From a virus (Duplodnaviria > Caudoviricetes): 64,000 nt of DNA. Within the stretch, counting starts at the first letter, position 1, and every line of letters starts with the position of its first letter. Location: positions 49,907 through 113,906 of IMG/VR virus record IMGVR_UViG_3300037067_009225; one strand, written 5' to 3'. Positions 1 to 9,533 of the stretch are shown one piece after another. Under the pieces are notes generated by a model that was not told the origin of the DNA, made no database searches, and worked only from the letters and a program-made list of their open reading frames with translations. A program made the translations under genes and the position numbers.

Positions 1-341
1 TCACAAAAACTTATTTGATTTATATCAAAAGTGACAGCAGAAATTTGATTATCACTAAAATCTAAATATGTTATTTTATTATTTATATTTGGCATGTTGG
101 TTAATAAATTAGAACTCAAATCTAATAAATCTATATTCAATCTACTATCTGATAAATCTGGTGCTATTGTTATACTTGAACCACTCAATATCAACTCATC
201 AATGGTATCTACATCACCACTTATATTTATTATATAATCTTTATTTACTGAATATATTTTTGTTACAGTATAATAATCATTATTATTTAATGTTACACCT
301 GTATTACCACCATCACCCCATTTAATAATTATATTTGACAT
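1..341 (-). CDS. leucine-rich-repeat protein, 5' part only (runs off the window start); not in ORF track
   Basis: ATG at 341, frame open to position 1: MSNIIIKWGDGG...LLDLSSNLLTNMP...YLDFSDNQISAV (LxxLxLxxNxL-type repeats). Confidence 0.6.
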   Translation of the reverse strand, partial: MSNIIIKWGDGGNTGVTLNNNDYYTVTKIYSVNKDYIINISGDVDTIDELILSGSSITIAPDLSDSRLNIDLLDLSSNLLTNMPNINNKITYLDFSDNQISAVTFDINQISFC

Positions 342-343
342 GT

Positions 344-853
344 TTACTTTATTCTTATTTTTACTGTATTAAAAGATGCTTGTGATGTTACAAAATTTAA
401 ATTTAATATTTCTTGTTGATTAATTTTAACCATATAATTAAAATCTAAAATATCATCTATATCTAAATTATATCCAGCAACAGATGTGTTCCAATATAAT
501 TTATCACCTTGTTGTTCTTGTCCACTATCTCTTGCTGTTGTTCCACTATCACCAGAAAAATAACAATCATATGGTGATGTTTTACCACCAGCATTTAATT
601 CTAAACCATTTAAAAAAACCCTAACAAAAGATTCTGGAACATCATATATTTCATATATACAAGCTAAATCTCCATCAGTTGTTGTAGATAATGCTGGCAT
701 ATTTAAATTATTTTTAGATAATTCTAATTTAGTACCACCACTTAAATTAACATATTCAACTGTCGCAATAGATGATAAAGACTGTGATGTAGTTAAATTT
801 AATTTTTTTTGTGATATAGCTGAATTTTCTAATTGTTTTCCTTTTACTTTCAT
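344..853 (-). CDS. putative virion/fibre-associated protein, paralogue of 860..1300
   Basis: Shares MKVxGKQ, ATVxYVNL, DGDLAC, VRVxxNG, CYFS and GDxLYWN blocks with the upstream ORF; S/T/G-rich. Confidence 0.5.
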   Translation of the reverse strand: MKVKGKQLENSAISQKKLNLTTSQSLSSIATVEYVNLSGGTKLELSKNNLNMPALSTTTDGDLACIYEIYDVPESFVRVFLNGLELNAGGKTSPYDCYFSGDSGTTARDSGQEQQGDKLYWNTSVAGYNLDIDDILDFNYMVKINQQEILNLNFVTSQASFNTVKIRIK

Positions 854-859
854 TAATTA

Positions 860-1300
860 TTATTTATTTTTTAAATATATAAAATCAATTATATCACCAT
901 CAACTGAACTTAATTGATATCCAGATATACTACCATTCCAATATAAATAATCACCTATTGTTTCTTCTCCAATATCTTTTGCTGTTACACCATTATCATT
1001 AGAAAAATAACATGATTCACCATTACCAATAGTAACTTCAATACCATTTACGTAAACTCTAACAAGACTTTTTGGTATATCTAATATAGCAACACTACAA
1101 GCTAAATCACCATCTGATGATGTTGTAGATGCAGACATTGAAAGATTACTATTTGAATATGTTAAATTGTTACCACTACCATATAAATTTACATAATCAA
1201 CAGTAGCACCAGATAATGTATCTCCACTATTTGGTGTTGTTAAACTAACTTTTTCTTGTGTTATTGTACTTTCTAATATTTGTTTACCAGAAACTTTCAT
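860..1300 (-). CDS. putative virion/fibre-associated protein, paralogue of 344..853
   Basis: Same blocks as 344..853; TTTTTATATATAAA late-type motif upstream at ~1325-1340. Confidence 0.5.
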   Translation of the reverse strand: MKVSGKQILESTITQEKVSLTTPNSGDTLSGATVDYVNLYGSGNNLTYSNSNLSMSASTTSSDGDLACSVAILDIPKSLVRVYVNGIEVTIGNGESCYFSNDNGVTAKDIGEETIGDYLYWNGSISGYQLSSVDGDIIDFIYLKNK

Positions 1301-1362
1301 AAATAAAATCCAAAAATATTTTTATTTATATATAAAAAATTTGGATTTTAAATATAAAATAT

Positions 1363-1710
1363 TTAACTTTTATTAAGTAAGTTGTGAATTTTTATCTTTC
1401 TAAGAACATTATTTACCATATTTTTAAAATATGATATAGATTTATGATTTTTATTTTTAATTATTATATCTTTTGTTATTTCTTCAAATTCAATTAAATC
1501 TTCATTCTTTGCTCCATTTGGATATAATAATTTTATCTCTGTTGGTCTATCATTAACTGTAACCAATATAAATTCAATATTATATTTATCATTAACATTA
1601 TTTATATTTTTAAATTGTTCTTGGATGTGTGATACACTTTGTTCAACATAATATCTTCTTAATCCACTAACATTGTAATAAAAAGCTAATATAATAAGTT
1701 GCTTATCCAT
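1363..1710 (-). CDS. hypothetical protein with C-terminal RxxK motif
   Basis: Ends LRKIKIHNLLNKS. Confidence 0.6.
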   Translation of the reverse strand: MDKQLIILAFYYNVSGLRRYYVEQSVSHIQEQFKNINNVNDKYNIEFILVTVNDRPTEIKLLYPNGAKNEDLIEFEEITKDIIIKNKNHKSISYFKNMVNNVLRKIKIHNLLNKS

Positions 1711-1711
1711 T

Positions 1712-1912
1712 TTAAAAAAACTTCTTTAAAAATTTAATAAATTTACTATCTGTATTTCTTTTTAAAAGTTCAACAGTTTTTTCTAACATATTTATTGTCC
1801 TACCTTGCAATTCAACAGATTCTTTAAGTAATTTAATTCTTTCTTCTTTATATTCTATTATTTTTTCTAAATCTTTTATAATTTCATTATATTTTTTTAT
1901 CATGTTCTGCAT
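1712..1912 (-). CDS. small coiled-coil protein
   Basis: Heptad-like E/K/I/L pattern; tightly packed in the operon. Confidence 0.5.
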   Translation of the reverse strand: MQNMIKKYNEIIKDLEKIIEYKEERIKLLKESVELQGRTINMLEKTVELLKRNTDSKFIKFLKKFF

Positions 1913-1918
1913 ATTTTT

Positions 1919-2236
1919 CTAAATTATAAAATACAATATTTCTTGACATTTATGAAAAATTTCGACTGCCAATTTAGATTCCATTTCTAATTTTTTATCA
2001 TCAACATGTATAAAAACACCCCTTTCTTCTACTTCTACTACTTTAATTATTTTAATCCCAATTTTAAATGTATAAATTAATTCACTATCATAAGTTGATG
2101 GTTTTTTTTCAAGATTCATATCACTAAAAAATTTATTTTTTAAAGCATCTAATATAAAATTTCCTAATTTATCATCTCCTGAAATTTCTTTTTTATTTAA
2201 AGAAATGAAACTTTCAAACGTTTTAATGTCTTTCAT
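1919..2236 (-). CDS. hypothetical protein with N-terminal MKxIKxFExF motif (possible head internal protein)
   Basis: Starts MKDIKTFESFI; ends in a rare TAG. Confidence 0.55.
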   Translation of the reverse strand: MKDIKTFESFISLNKKEISGDDKLGNFILDALKNKFFSDMNLEKKPSTYDSELIYTFKIGIKIIKVVEVEERGVFIHVDDKKLEMESKLAVEIFHKCQEILYFII

Positions 2237-2289
2237 ATAATATATTTATTTTTTAACAAGTTGATATCAACAATGTTTTTTAATTTGTT

Positions 2290-2766
2290 TTAAAAATTTT
2301 TTCCTAATTTTTCATCATCTTGAACTTCTTGTTCTTCTTCTTTATCATCTTTCTTTGCTTTCTTAATCATTTCAGGTGTTACATCTTTTAATTCTACATC
2401 AAATTCAAGAAATAATTTTTTTGTTTCTTCATCTTCCCATTTATCTTTAAATTTCAATTCAACATCTTTCTTTCTTTTACTAAGAACACCTGATGTATAT
2501 TCATTATTTAACACATCTGTATAACTTATTTTATAATCTTGTTCAGTTACTTCAAATCTAACAGCAGTTGGCGTTTTTTGTTTTTTTAAAAAATCATCTA
2601 AACTTAAAAATTCAGAATCAACTTTATATTCTGGTTTCTTTGCCTTATCAAACATAGTATCTAAAATATTATCAATATCTTCTACTATATTTTGAAAATC
2701 AGTATTTTCTTTTTTAGATTCTAAAATTTTTTTAAATTCATCAAATCCTAATATATTGTTTCTCAT
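2290..2766 (-). CDS. acidic hypothetical protein with CTS-like N-terminus
   Basis: Starts MRNNILGFDEFKKILES; TTTTTAATATATAAAA upstream. Confidence 0.6.
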   Translation of the reverse strand: MRNNILGFDEFKKILESKKENTDFQNIVEDIDNILDTMFDKAKKPEYKVDSEFLSLDDFLKKQKTPTAVRFEVTEQDYKISYTDVLNNEYTSGVLSKRKKDVELKFKDKWEDEETKKLFLEFDVELKDVTPEMIKKAKKDDKEEEQEVQDDEKLGKNF

Positions 2767-2819
2767 TTTTAAAAAATATTTTTCTTTTTATATATTAAAA
2801 ATGAAAAACCCATTTTTAA

Positions 2820-3293
2820 TCAACCTAATATATTAAAATTATTATTATATAAAATTTTTATAATATCTGAACTATTTTCAAAATCTTCTTCTATTTTTAA
2901 TTTAGCATCAAATAACATATCATGATATAATATGTCATATTTTATTATTTCTACGTCTGGATTATCTTTATCAACAAATTTTATTTTATTAATATATTTA
3001 TTTTCTTTCACCTTAAACTCATATTTGAATGGTTCAAATATAACTTGTTCTTCTTTTATTGTTGTTTTTTTATTTTTATTTAATAGATTGGATTCTTTTT
3101 GCTCTATTTTAAATCTCGTTTCAAATGGAACTTTTGGATATATTTTAATTATTAAATTTATCGGTTTAAATTTTTCGGTTTTTAATATTTTATTTGTTTT
3201 TTTACAAATCCATTTATTAATAAAATTAAAATTCCTATCATCCTCTACCCAATAATTATGGACAATGTAATTGTTCAAATCTATCTTCATCAT
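2820..3293 (-). CDS. hypothetical protein
   Basis: 157-aa ORF co-oriented with neighbours. Confidence 0.55.
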   Translation of the reverse strand: MMKIDLNNYIVHNYWVEDDRNFNFINKWICKKTNKILKTEKFKPINLIIKIYPKVPFETRFKIEQKESNLLNKNKKTTIKEEQVIFEPFKYEFKVKENKYINKIKFVDKDNPDVEIIKYDILYHDMLFDAKLKIEEDFENSSDIIKILYNNNFNILG

Positions 3294-3295
3294 AT

Positions 3296-3586
3296 TTATC
3301 TTTTTTTAAACATTGTTAAAATTTTTTTAATTGTTTTAGTTAAAAAATTATTGTTTATTTCTTCAATTTTTATCTTTCTATTATGTTGTGTTATTAGTTT
3401 ATCTAATTCTTTAATGAATGTTTTATTATCATGTTTTATTATTTCTTCTTGTATCTTCGCATTTATATGAATATAAAAAAAACTTTTATAATAATAATTC
3501 TCCGATTTATCTAACCAATCAAGATTATTTATTTTATTAGTTACATTATAATATCTATTATTAAAAGTAGAAGACATATTATTCAA
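3296..3586 (-). CDS. hypothetical protein with near-terminal RxxK motif
   Basis: ...HNRKIKIEEI... Confidence 0.55.
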   Translation of the reverse strand: MNNMSSTFNNRYYNVTNKINNLDWLDKSENYYYKSFFYIHINAKIQEEIIKHDNKTFIKELDKLITQHNRKIKIEEINNNFLTKTIKKILTMFKKR

Positions 3587-3761
3587 TTATACTATTAATT
3601 TTTAAAATTCTATCATGTTTAAGTTTTCTTTTTTCTATCATTTCTACAAACTTTTCACTATTTAAATATATCATAATAGATTTTTCTTTTGTAGTAAAAT
3701 TTTTTTCAAAAAAATCTGTTAATTCTTGTATTTTTATATATTGATAATTCTTAATCTTCAT
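3579..3761 (-). CDS. hypothetical protein with C-terminal RxxK motif
   Basis: Ends DRILKINSIIE. Confidence 0.55.
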   Translation of the reverse strand: MKIKNYQYIKIQELTDFFEKNFTTKEKSIMIYLNSEKFVEMIEKRKLKHDRILKINSIIE

Positions 3762-3990
3762 TTCTAATAATTTTTTCTATCTTCTGCTTTCTTTCCCATT
3801 TTAGATATTCACTTTTTATTCTTTTAACGAAAATAGAATTCTCAATTCTTGAATCTATTTTATCTTTATTATTGGAATAAAAATCATAAAATTTTTCATT
3901 ACCATTTTTAGTTAACCAATCTTTATTAATGAAAAAATTTCTATAAATTTCAGTATCAACATTATTTACATGTTTTTTAAATTTCATCAT
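3751..3990 (-). CDS. hypothetical protein with C-terminal RxxK motif
   Basis: Ends ERKQKIEKIIRNED; TATATTTG box 18 nt upstream. Confidence 0.6.
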   Translation of the reverse strand: MMKFKKHVNNVDTEIYRNFFINKDWLTKNGNEKFYDFYSNNKDKIDSRIENSIFVKRIKSEYLKWERKQKIEKIIRNED

Positions 3991-4008
3991 ATTTTAATTT
4001 TTATAATA

Positions 4009-4016
4009 CAAATATA
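4009..4016 (-). promoter_or_regulatory. Bacteroidota-type -7 promoter box TAnnTTTG (TATATTTG)
   Basis: Same box recurs 15-45 nt upstream of genes at 5761, 8329, 20168, 22969, 24409, 45479 and 47393 (all minus strand); another copy at 55428 (plus strand). Confidence 0.6.
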
Positions 4017-4059
4017 ATAGTTTTTTTTGATATAATGTTATATTATGTAGATATTTTAA

Positions 4060-4314
4060 TTACAAAATATAACCTTTTAATTTTTCTAATTTAAATTTTC
4101 TCGATAATTTATGCGCCTTATCATACCACCTATTTATAAATTCAGTAGAAGTATTTTCAAACATAATATATTCAAGTAATGTTGCATATCTTGAAGAATG
4201 AAATATTTGATAAACTTCTTCCATAAATTTTACTTTATCATCAGATTTTATTTTATTTGATGTGTAAACTGAAATTATTTCATTATATTTTTTATATAAT
4301 TCGTTTTTATTCAT
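4060..4314 (-). CDS. hypothetical protein with C-terminal RxxK motif
   Basis: Ends SRKFKLEKLKGYIL. Confidence 0.55.
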   Translation of the reverse strand: MNKNELYKKYNEIISVYTSNKIKSDDKVKFMEEVYQIFHSSRYATLLEYIMFENTSTEFINRWYDKAHKLSRKFKLEKLKGYIL

Positions 4315-4365
4315 TTTACATTTTTTATTAAATATAATATTTTTTATAAAATAAAAAGAGGTTTT

Positions 4366-5745
4366 TTAACCTCTTTTCATTTTTCTTTCTGCTTGCCTAT
4401 CTTTATCTCTTTTCTTAGCAGCAGCTTTTCTTTCTTTCCATGAAACTGATTTACCAGTATCTTTTATATTAAGAATAGGTTTTATTCTATCTAAAATTAC
4501 TGCAGTAGGTTCAATAGCTTTTTCTATTATATCACTTCTTTTGTAAGCAAAAGGTGATTCATCAAGTGTTTCTTTACAAACAGATGTTGAATAAACACCT
4601 TTCATAGTTTCTTTAAACTTTTTCATATCAATAGAAACTTTTGCCTTTGATCTACTGAGCAATCTCCCCGAACCATGTGGGGCTGAAAAGTTCCAATCTG
4701 GATTAGATTTACCTTCACAAAGCAAAATACCATCTCGCATATTAAAAGGTATAATCATCTTTTCTCCTTTATATGATGGAATAGCACCTTTTCTTATAAT
4801 GAAATCATTAAAATCAATATAATTATGAATGGTATGAATTACTTCATCATAATCAGATATTTCAATTATGGTTTTAAAAATATCTAACATAGTCATTCTA
4901 TTCCATAAAGCATATTGTTGTGCAAATATCATATCAAACAAATAACCCATCATATTATCACCAGTTAAATATTCTTTATTAATACCAAGACTATATTTAT
5001 TTTTTAATTCTTCTAATTTTGATGGTATTAAATTCTTAGGAAAAGTATTCATTATAATTTCATCCCTTTCTTTATTATATTCATCGGATGCAACTACAAC
5101 CTTTCCTCTTGCCACATTAGTCCAATAATCAGCAATCTTTAAACCAAAATTTCTTGAACCTGAATGAATAGTAACCCAATATTTTTTGTAATTATCTGAT
5201 CTACCGACTTCTACAAAATGATTACCCGATCCAAGCGTACCAATGGCGTTCCAGAATTTATTGTCATCCATTTTTATTTGCTTCAACTTATTCTTTAACC
5301 ATTTTTCATCATAAGTTGGAACAACATAAGATGTACCAAATTTATCATTATATTTTTTTATGAAAATATCAGCAATTTTTTGAACTTCATCAAATGGTAT
5401 GTTTTTTAATCTTTTTCTTTCTTGTAAATTGAAACCCATAGGTATTCTTTCACGAATGAGTGTATCAACCTTTTCAAGATCAATTTTTACATCTTTTGAA
5501 AATGATGCTGATGCCATTCCACATCCAATATCTACGCCAATGTGCATCGGATTTAAATAAACTCCAAGTTCCATAGAAAATCCAATGCAAATCGAATTTC
5601 CTTGGTGGGTATCGGGCATTATTCTTACTTTCAAACCATTAGATGTAGAAGAATTTATTATATCATAAACCTGTTCAAAAACACCTTCTTCAACATCATC
5701 AATCATAATGACTGCATCTGTATATTTACCTTTTAATTCTATCAT
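4366..5745 (-). CDS. rtcB: RtcB-family 3'-phosphate RNA ligase
   Basis: MPDTH, GVDIGCG, GTLGSGNHFVE, IHSGSR, HNY, RKGA, SAPHGSGR and DESPFAYK motifs; likely start is the ATG at 5745 (TATTTTTG box at 5761-5768). Confidence 0.93.
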   Translation of the reverse strand: MIELKGKYTDAVIMIDDVEEGVFEQVYDIINSSTSNGLKVRIMPDTHQGNSICIGFSMELGVYLNPMHIGVDIGCGMASASFSKDVKIDLEKVDTLIRERIPMGFNLQERKRLKNIPFDEVQKIADIFIKKYNDKFGTSYVVPTYDEKWLKNKLKQIKMDDNKFWNAIGTLGSGNHFVEVGRSDNYKKYWVTIHSGSRNFGLKIADYWTNVARGKVVVASDEYNKERDEIIMNTFPKNLIPSKLEELKNKYSLGINKEYLTGDNMMGYLFDMIFAQQYALWNRMTMLDIFKTIIEISDYDEVIHTIHNYIDFNDFIIRKGAIPSYKGEKMIIPFNMRDGILLCEGKSNPDWNFSAPHGSGRLLSRSKAKVSIDMKKFKETMKGVYSTSVCKETLDESPFAYKRSDIIEKAIEPTAVILDRIKPILNIKDTGKSVSWKERKAAAKKRDKDRQAERKMKRG

Positions 5746-5848
5746 ATCATTAATTTTGTACAAAAATAAGAAAAAATATTTAATAATAAAATAAATTTGT
5801 ATAAACTTTTATAATATTTATGTATATAATTATAAAAGAAATAATTAT

Positions 5849-6637
5849 ATGGAAATTAATAAAGATGTATCATATATGATTGGTTTGTTCCAAACTGATG
5901 GTAGTATGTATGAAAATACAAGGAATAGGGGTAGATTTAGTTTAGAATTGGCTATTAGAGATAAAGATATAATATATAAATTGAAAGATATAATACCTTA
6001 TCACAGTGGAATTAAAATAAAAAGAAAATATTCCCATATTAATAACCATGAATATAATAATGAGTTTATTAGTTTAAAAATTTATAATATAACATTTAGA
6101 GATTTTTTAATTAAAAGTGGGGTTCCATATGGCAAAAAATCTAATATTATAAAACCTCCATTATATCTAAAAAATTTATCAATAAATGATTATATAAGAG
6201 GTTTATATGATGGTGATGGTTCTCTTGGTATAACAGCACAAAAGTTTCCATATGTTTCATTTACAACAAAAAGTGATGATATTGCTACATTTTTATGTGA
6301 AAACATAAGTAGAATAACCAGTAAATCTTTAAAAAATATCAAACGAAATAAAAGAGATGATATATATAATATTGTAATTACTAAAGAAGATGCTCAATAT
6401 TTTTGTAATGAAATTTATTATGATGGTTGTCTTTCTATGAATAGGAAAATTGAAAAATCAAATGAAGTTAAATCGTGGATAAGATCAAATGATATGATAC
6501 GTATTGAAAATAAAAAATATTGGACACCAAAAGAAGATGAATATATTTTATCACATACAATAGAAGAATCTATGAATTATTTAGATAGGACAGAAAAAAG
6601 TGTTAAAATTAGATTGTGGAGATTAAAAAATAAATAA
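5849..6637 (+). CDS. free-standing LAGLIDADG homing endonuclease
   Basis: Two LAGLIDADG-like helices, YMIGLFQTDGS and YIRGLYDGDGS; C-terminal WTxxED helix-turn-helix-like tail; antisense to neighbours. Confidence 0.85.
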   Translation: MEINKDVSYMIGLFQTDGSMYENTRNRGRFSLELAIRDKDIIYKLKDIIPYHSGIKIKRKYSHINNHEYNNEFISLKIYNITFRDFLIKSGVPYGKKSNIIKPPLYLKNLSINDYIRGLYDGDGSLGITAQKFPYVSFTTKSDDIATFLCENISRITSKSLKNIKRNKRDDIYNIVITKEDAQYFCNEIYYDGCLSMNRKIEKSNEVKSWIRSNDMIRIENKKYWTPKEDEYILSHTIEESMNYLDRTEKSVKIRLWRLKNK

Positions 6638-6688
6638 ATATTATGAAATATATTTTTTTATTAATCTAAATATCGGAATACGTTAAAT

Positions 6689-7483
6689 TTAATAATTCTT
6701 CCACAGCGTTTCAATTTTTATTTTCGGCTTCTTATCACCACTTACAGTATTTACTTCAAATTGTATTTTCTGGAAACCATTCTCAGTTAAAATATCATAC
6801 AATTCACAATCATAACCACTAATTAAAATCTTAGCTTTATTATTCAAACAAGCATTAACAAGTTCAACATGACTTTCATTATTCATATCAACTTTATAAC
6901 GTGTTGTTGTTCTTTTACTTTGATGATATGGTGGGTCAAGATATAAAAACACATTTTCTGTATTATATTTTTTTATAAGTTCTATACCATTTGTGTTCAT
7001 TACAATAACTTTTGATAATCTTTGATGTAATTCTGGTAATCTATCAATTGCACTTAAATAATCAGAAATTGATTTACTCATATTTCTTCTTATATAAGTA
7101 TTTACTGAATATCCACCTATACCATTATGTGACGTTCTATTAACATAGAAAAAATAAAATGCTCTATCCACAATTGATAAATTATCAGTTTTTAATAATT
7201 CCTTAAACTCTTCTCTTAAATCTTGGTTATAATATGCTAAATCGCATTTATCCTTAAAATTTTGAAACAATTCTTTATCGGATAACACTTTGTATAACGA
7301 ATAAACATTTTGTTCTAAATCGTTGTAAATTTCAACTGGTGCTATATTATTTTTTAACGCTATTGAAAATGAACCACCGAATGGTTCAATATATGTATCG
7401 TAAGTGTTATATTTTGGAAAATGTTTAACTATATCAGAAAACATATTTGATTTTCCACCAAAATATTTTATTGGACTAACCAT
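6689..7483 (-). CDS. D12-class N6-adenine DNA methyltransferase (Dam-like)
   Basis: YFGGK, YIEPFGGS, EIYND and YLDPPY motifs. Confidence 0.9.
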   Translation of the reverse strand: MVSPIKYFGGKSNMFSDIVKHFPKYNTYDTYIEPFGGSFSIALKNNIAPVEIYNDLEQNVYSLYKVLSDKELFQNFKDKCDLAYYNQDLREEFKELLKTDNLSIVDRAFYFFYVNRTSHNGIGGYSVNTYIRRNMSKSISDYLSAIDRLPELHQRLSKVIVMNTNGIELIKKYNTENVFLYLDPPYHQSKRTTTRYKVDMNNESHVELVNACLNNKAKILISGYDCELYDILTENGFQKIQFEVNTVSGDKKPKIKIETLWKNY

Positions 7484-7541
7484 TAATAAAATTTTTATTT
7501 TTTATAGTATAGAAAAGTATTTTAGTTTGAATTTTTTTCAT

Positions 7542-7573
7542 AAAAAAACCCACAATTTTTAGGTTGTGGGTTT
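7542..7573 (-). terminator. intrinsic terminator downstream of clpP
   Basis: AAACCCACAA/TTGTGGGTTT stem with a U-tract on the minus strand. Confidence 0.7.
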
Positions 7574-7597
7574 AACAATAACATGAAATTTAAATTA

Positions 7598-8284
7598 TTA
7601 AGAAATTTTTTCTTTTTTTCTTTCAACAATTTCATCAACAGCACCGTATTCCTTCGCTTCTTGTGCTGTCATCCAAAAATCTCTATCACCATCTTTTTCA
7701 ACTTTTTCAAATGGTTGACCAGTTTTATCTACAACAATATTATAAAGTTCTTTCTTCGAAAGATTAACTTCATTAGCTACGATTGTAATATCGCTTGCTT
7801 GACCTTCGACACCACTCATTGGCTGGTGTAAGAGAAATCTTGAATGTTTCAAAGCTGAACGGTAATCACCACAAATTGAAATAATAAAACCCATTGATGC
7901 AGCAAGTCCACAAACGAGTGTATTAACTTTATTTGGAATATAATTCATAGTATCAACGATACTAAGTCCTGAATACACCCCACCACCAGGAGAGTTAACA
8001 TACAGATTTACAGAGTTTTGATCTTTTGAAGCTAAAAATAACAACTGAGCATTAATGATATTGGCAACTGTATCATCAATTCCTGTTCCCAAAAATATAA
8101 TATTATCCATCATCAAACGAGAAAAAACATCCATTTGAGTCACATTCATTTGTCTTTCTTCCAGAATTGTGGGGGAAATGTAACTGGCGTGAATACTATT
8201 CATTTTATTCACATAAGAATCAATAGAACTACCACTAACTCCAAGATTACAAGTTGAAAATCTGTAAAAATCATTTCTTTTCAT
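7598..8284 (-). CDS. clpP: ATP-dependent Clp protease proteolytic subunit
   Basis: MDVFSRLMMDNIIFLG, YVNSPGG, GLAASMG (catalytic Ser), LHQP (His), DRDFWMTAQEAKEYG; Bacteroidota-like ILEERQMNVTQMDV N-terminus. Confidence 0.95.
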   Translation of the reverse strand: MKRNDFYRFSTCNLGVSGSSIDSYVNKMNSIHASYISPTILEERQMNVTQMDVFSRLMMDNIIFLGTGIDDTVANIINAQLLFLASKDQNSVNLYVNSPGGGVYSGLSIVDTMNYIPNKVNTLVCGLAASMGFIISICGDYRSALKHSRFLLHQPMSGVEGQASDITIVANEVNLSKKELYNIVVDKTGQPFEKVEKDGDRDFWMTAQEAKEYGAVDEIVERKKEKIS

Positions 8285-8328
8285 AGTTTAAATTTTTAAT
8301 TGTTTATAAAAAATATTATTTAGAGTTA

Positions 8329-8336
8329 CAAATATA
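8329..8336 (-). promoter_or_regulatory. TAnnTTTG -7 box upstream of clpP
   Basis: TATATTTG on the minus strand. Confidence 0.55.
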
Positions 8337-8380
8337 AAGGAAATAATTTAAATATCATAATTAAATATAAAAAATATTTT

Positions 8381-8677
8381 TTATTCATTAAATATATTAT
8401 TTAGTTTATTTTGTCTTAAAATTTTAGTAAAATTATTTTTTAGATGATATTCAATAATATTAACAATAGATGAATTATCCATTTTTAATTTTCCAACAAT
8501 ATTATCATAATCATTTTTTGTAAAATCAAAAGATAATTTAAATTTTTCTGATGTTTGTTTATTTTTTAATAATACATTAATGTGTGTTACTGACACACCA
8601 TAACTAATGAACCGATATTCATCAACACCAGTTTTTGCTTCATAATCTAATAATTCATAATCATTAAAACTGATCAT
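8381..8677 (-). CDS. hypothetical protein with C-terminal RxxK motif
   Basis: Ends LRQNKLNNIFNE. Confidence 0.6.
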   Translation of the reverse strand: MISFNDYELLDYEAKTGVDEYRFISYGVSVTHINVLLKNKQTSEKFKLSFDFTKNDYDNIVGKLKMDNSSIVNIIEYHLKNNFTKILRQNKLNNIFNE

Positions 8678-9063
8678 AATATTGATTTTATTTTCTTAAC
8701 TCTATAAAAATTTTTAATATCATTTTCGTCAGAACTATTAGGGTATTTCATTTTTAATAAAAGAACAGTAATTCTAATTAATAAATATATTGGCATTAAA
8801 AAAGGAAAAAATACTATTATTGTTTTAAAATTACTATTAAAATTAGCCTTATATAAACAAAAAAAAGAAATTATATACCACGAAGCCCAAAACAGTTGAA
8901 ATAATGATATAAATAAATCTTTTTCTCCATAAAAGAAAAGAATAATTATTGGAGAAAATGAAATAATAACAGATGATATTATTAAAGTTGGTAAAATTGC
9001 TGATAATTTTTTTTGAACTTTACCACCTATTTCAACAGTTTTTATTAAAAAAATATTTTTCAT
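8674..9063 (-). CDS. membrane protein with C-terminal RxxK motif, paralogue of 9517..9927
   Basis: Three hydrophobic segments; FFPFLMPIY...KYPNSSDE...NFYRVKKIKSIL. Confidence 0.6.
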   Translation of the reverse strand: MKNIFLIKTVEIGGKVQKKLSAILPTLIISSVIISFSPIIILFFYGEKDLFISLFQLFWASWYIISFFCLYKANFNSNFKTIIVFFPFLMPIYLLIRITVLLLKMKYPNSSDENDIKNFYRVKKIKSIL

Positions 9064-9533
9064 ATAATTGATATATTATTTATAATTTTTTGCATTTTTA
9101 GAAATCGTTTAATATTATTATCATATTTTATAAACATATTTGAGTTTAAATAATTAGAATATGTATAATAACCATAATAATGTTTATGAGGTAATTCAAC
9201 TTTTATTTTTAAATCTATATTTTGACTTTTTGTAAATGATTCAAAATCTTCAATGATATAAACCTCACCTATAATTAGTCTATTATCGCCATAATTATCA
9301 ACACATAAAACTTTATCACCAGCTTCAATATTTCTTCTATTTAATATTAATTTATTATTATATGTATTTTCATCAATATTTGTTTCATCTTCTTTAACAA
9401 AAACAGTTTTAGAATATTTTTTTGAATATCCTATTAAATATAAATTATCATTATTAATTTTTGAAACAATATATTTATTGTTTAAAACTAATTCTTTATA
9501 GTTATATATGTTATCTTTATATATGACTATCAT
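9060..9533 (-). CDS. hypothetical protein with C-terminal RxxK motif
   Basis: Likely ATG start at 9533; GDKVLCVDN beta-module; ends KRFLKMQKIINNISII. Confidence 0.55.
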   Translation of the reverse strand: MIVIYKDNIYNYKELVLNNKYIVSKINNDNLYLIGYSKKYSKTVFVKEDETNIDENTYNNKLILNRRNIEAGDKVLCVDNYGDNRLIIGEVYIIEDFESFTKSQNIDLKIKVELPHKHYYGYYTYSNYLNSNMFIKYDNNIKRFLKMQKIINNISII

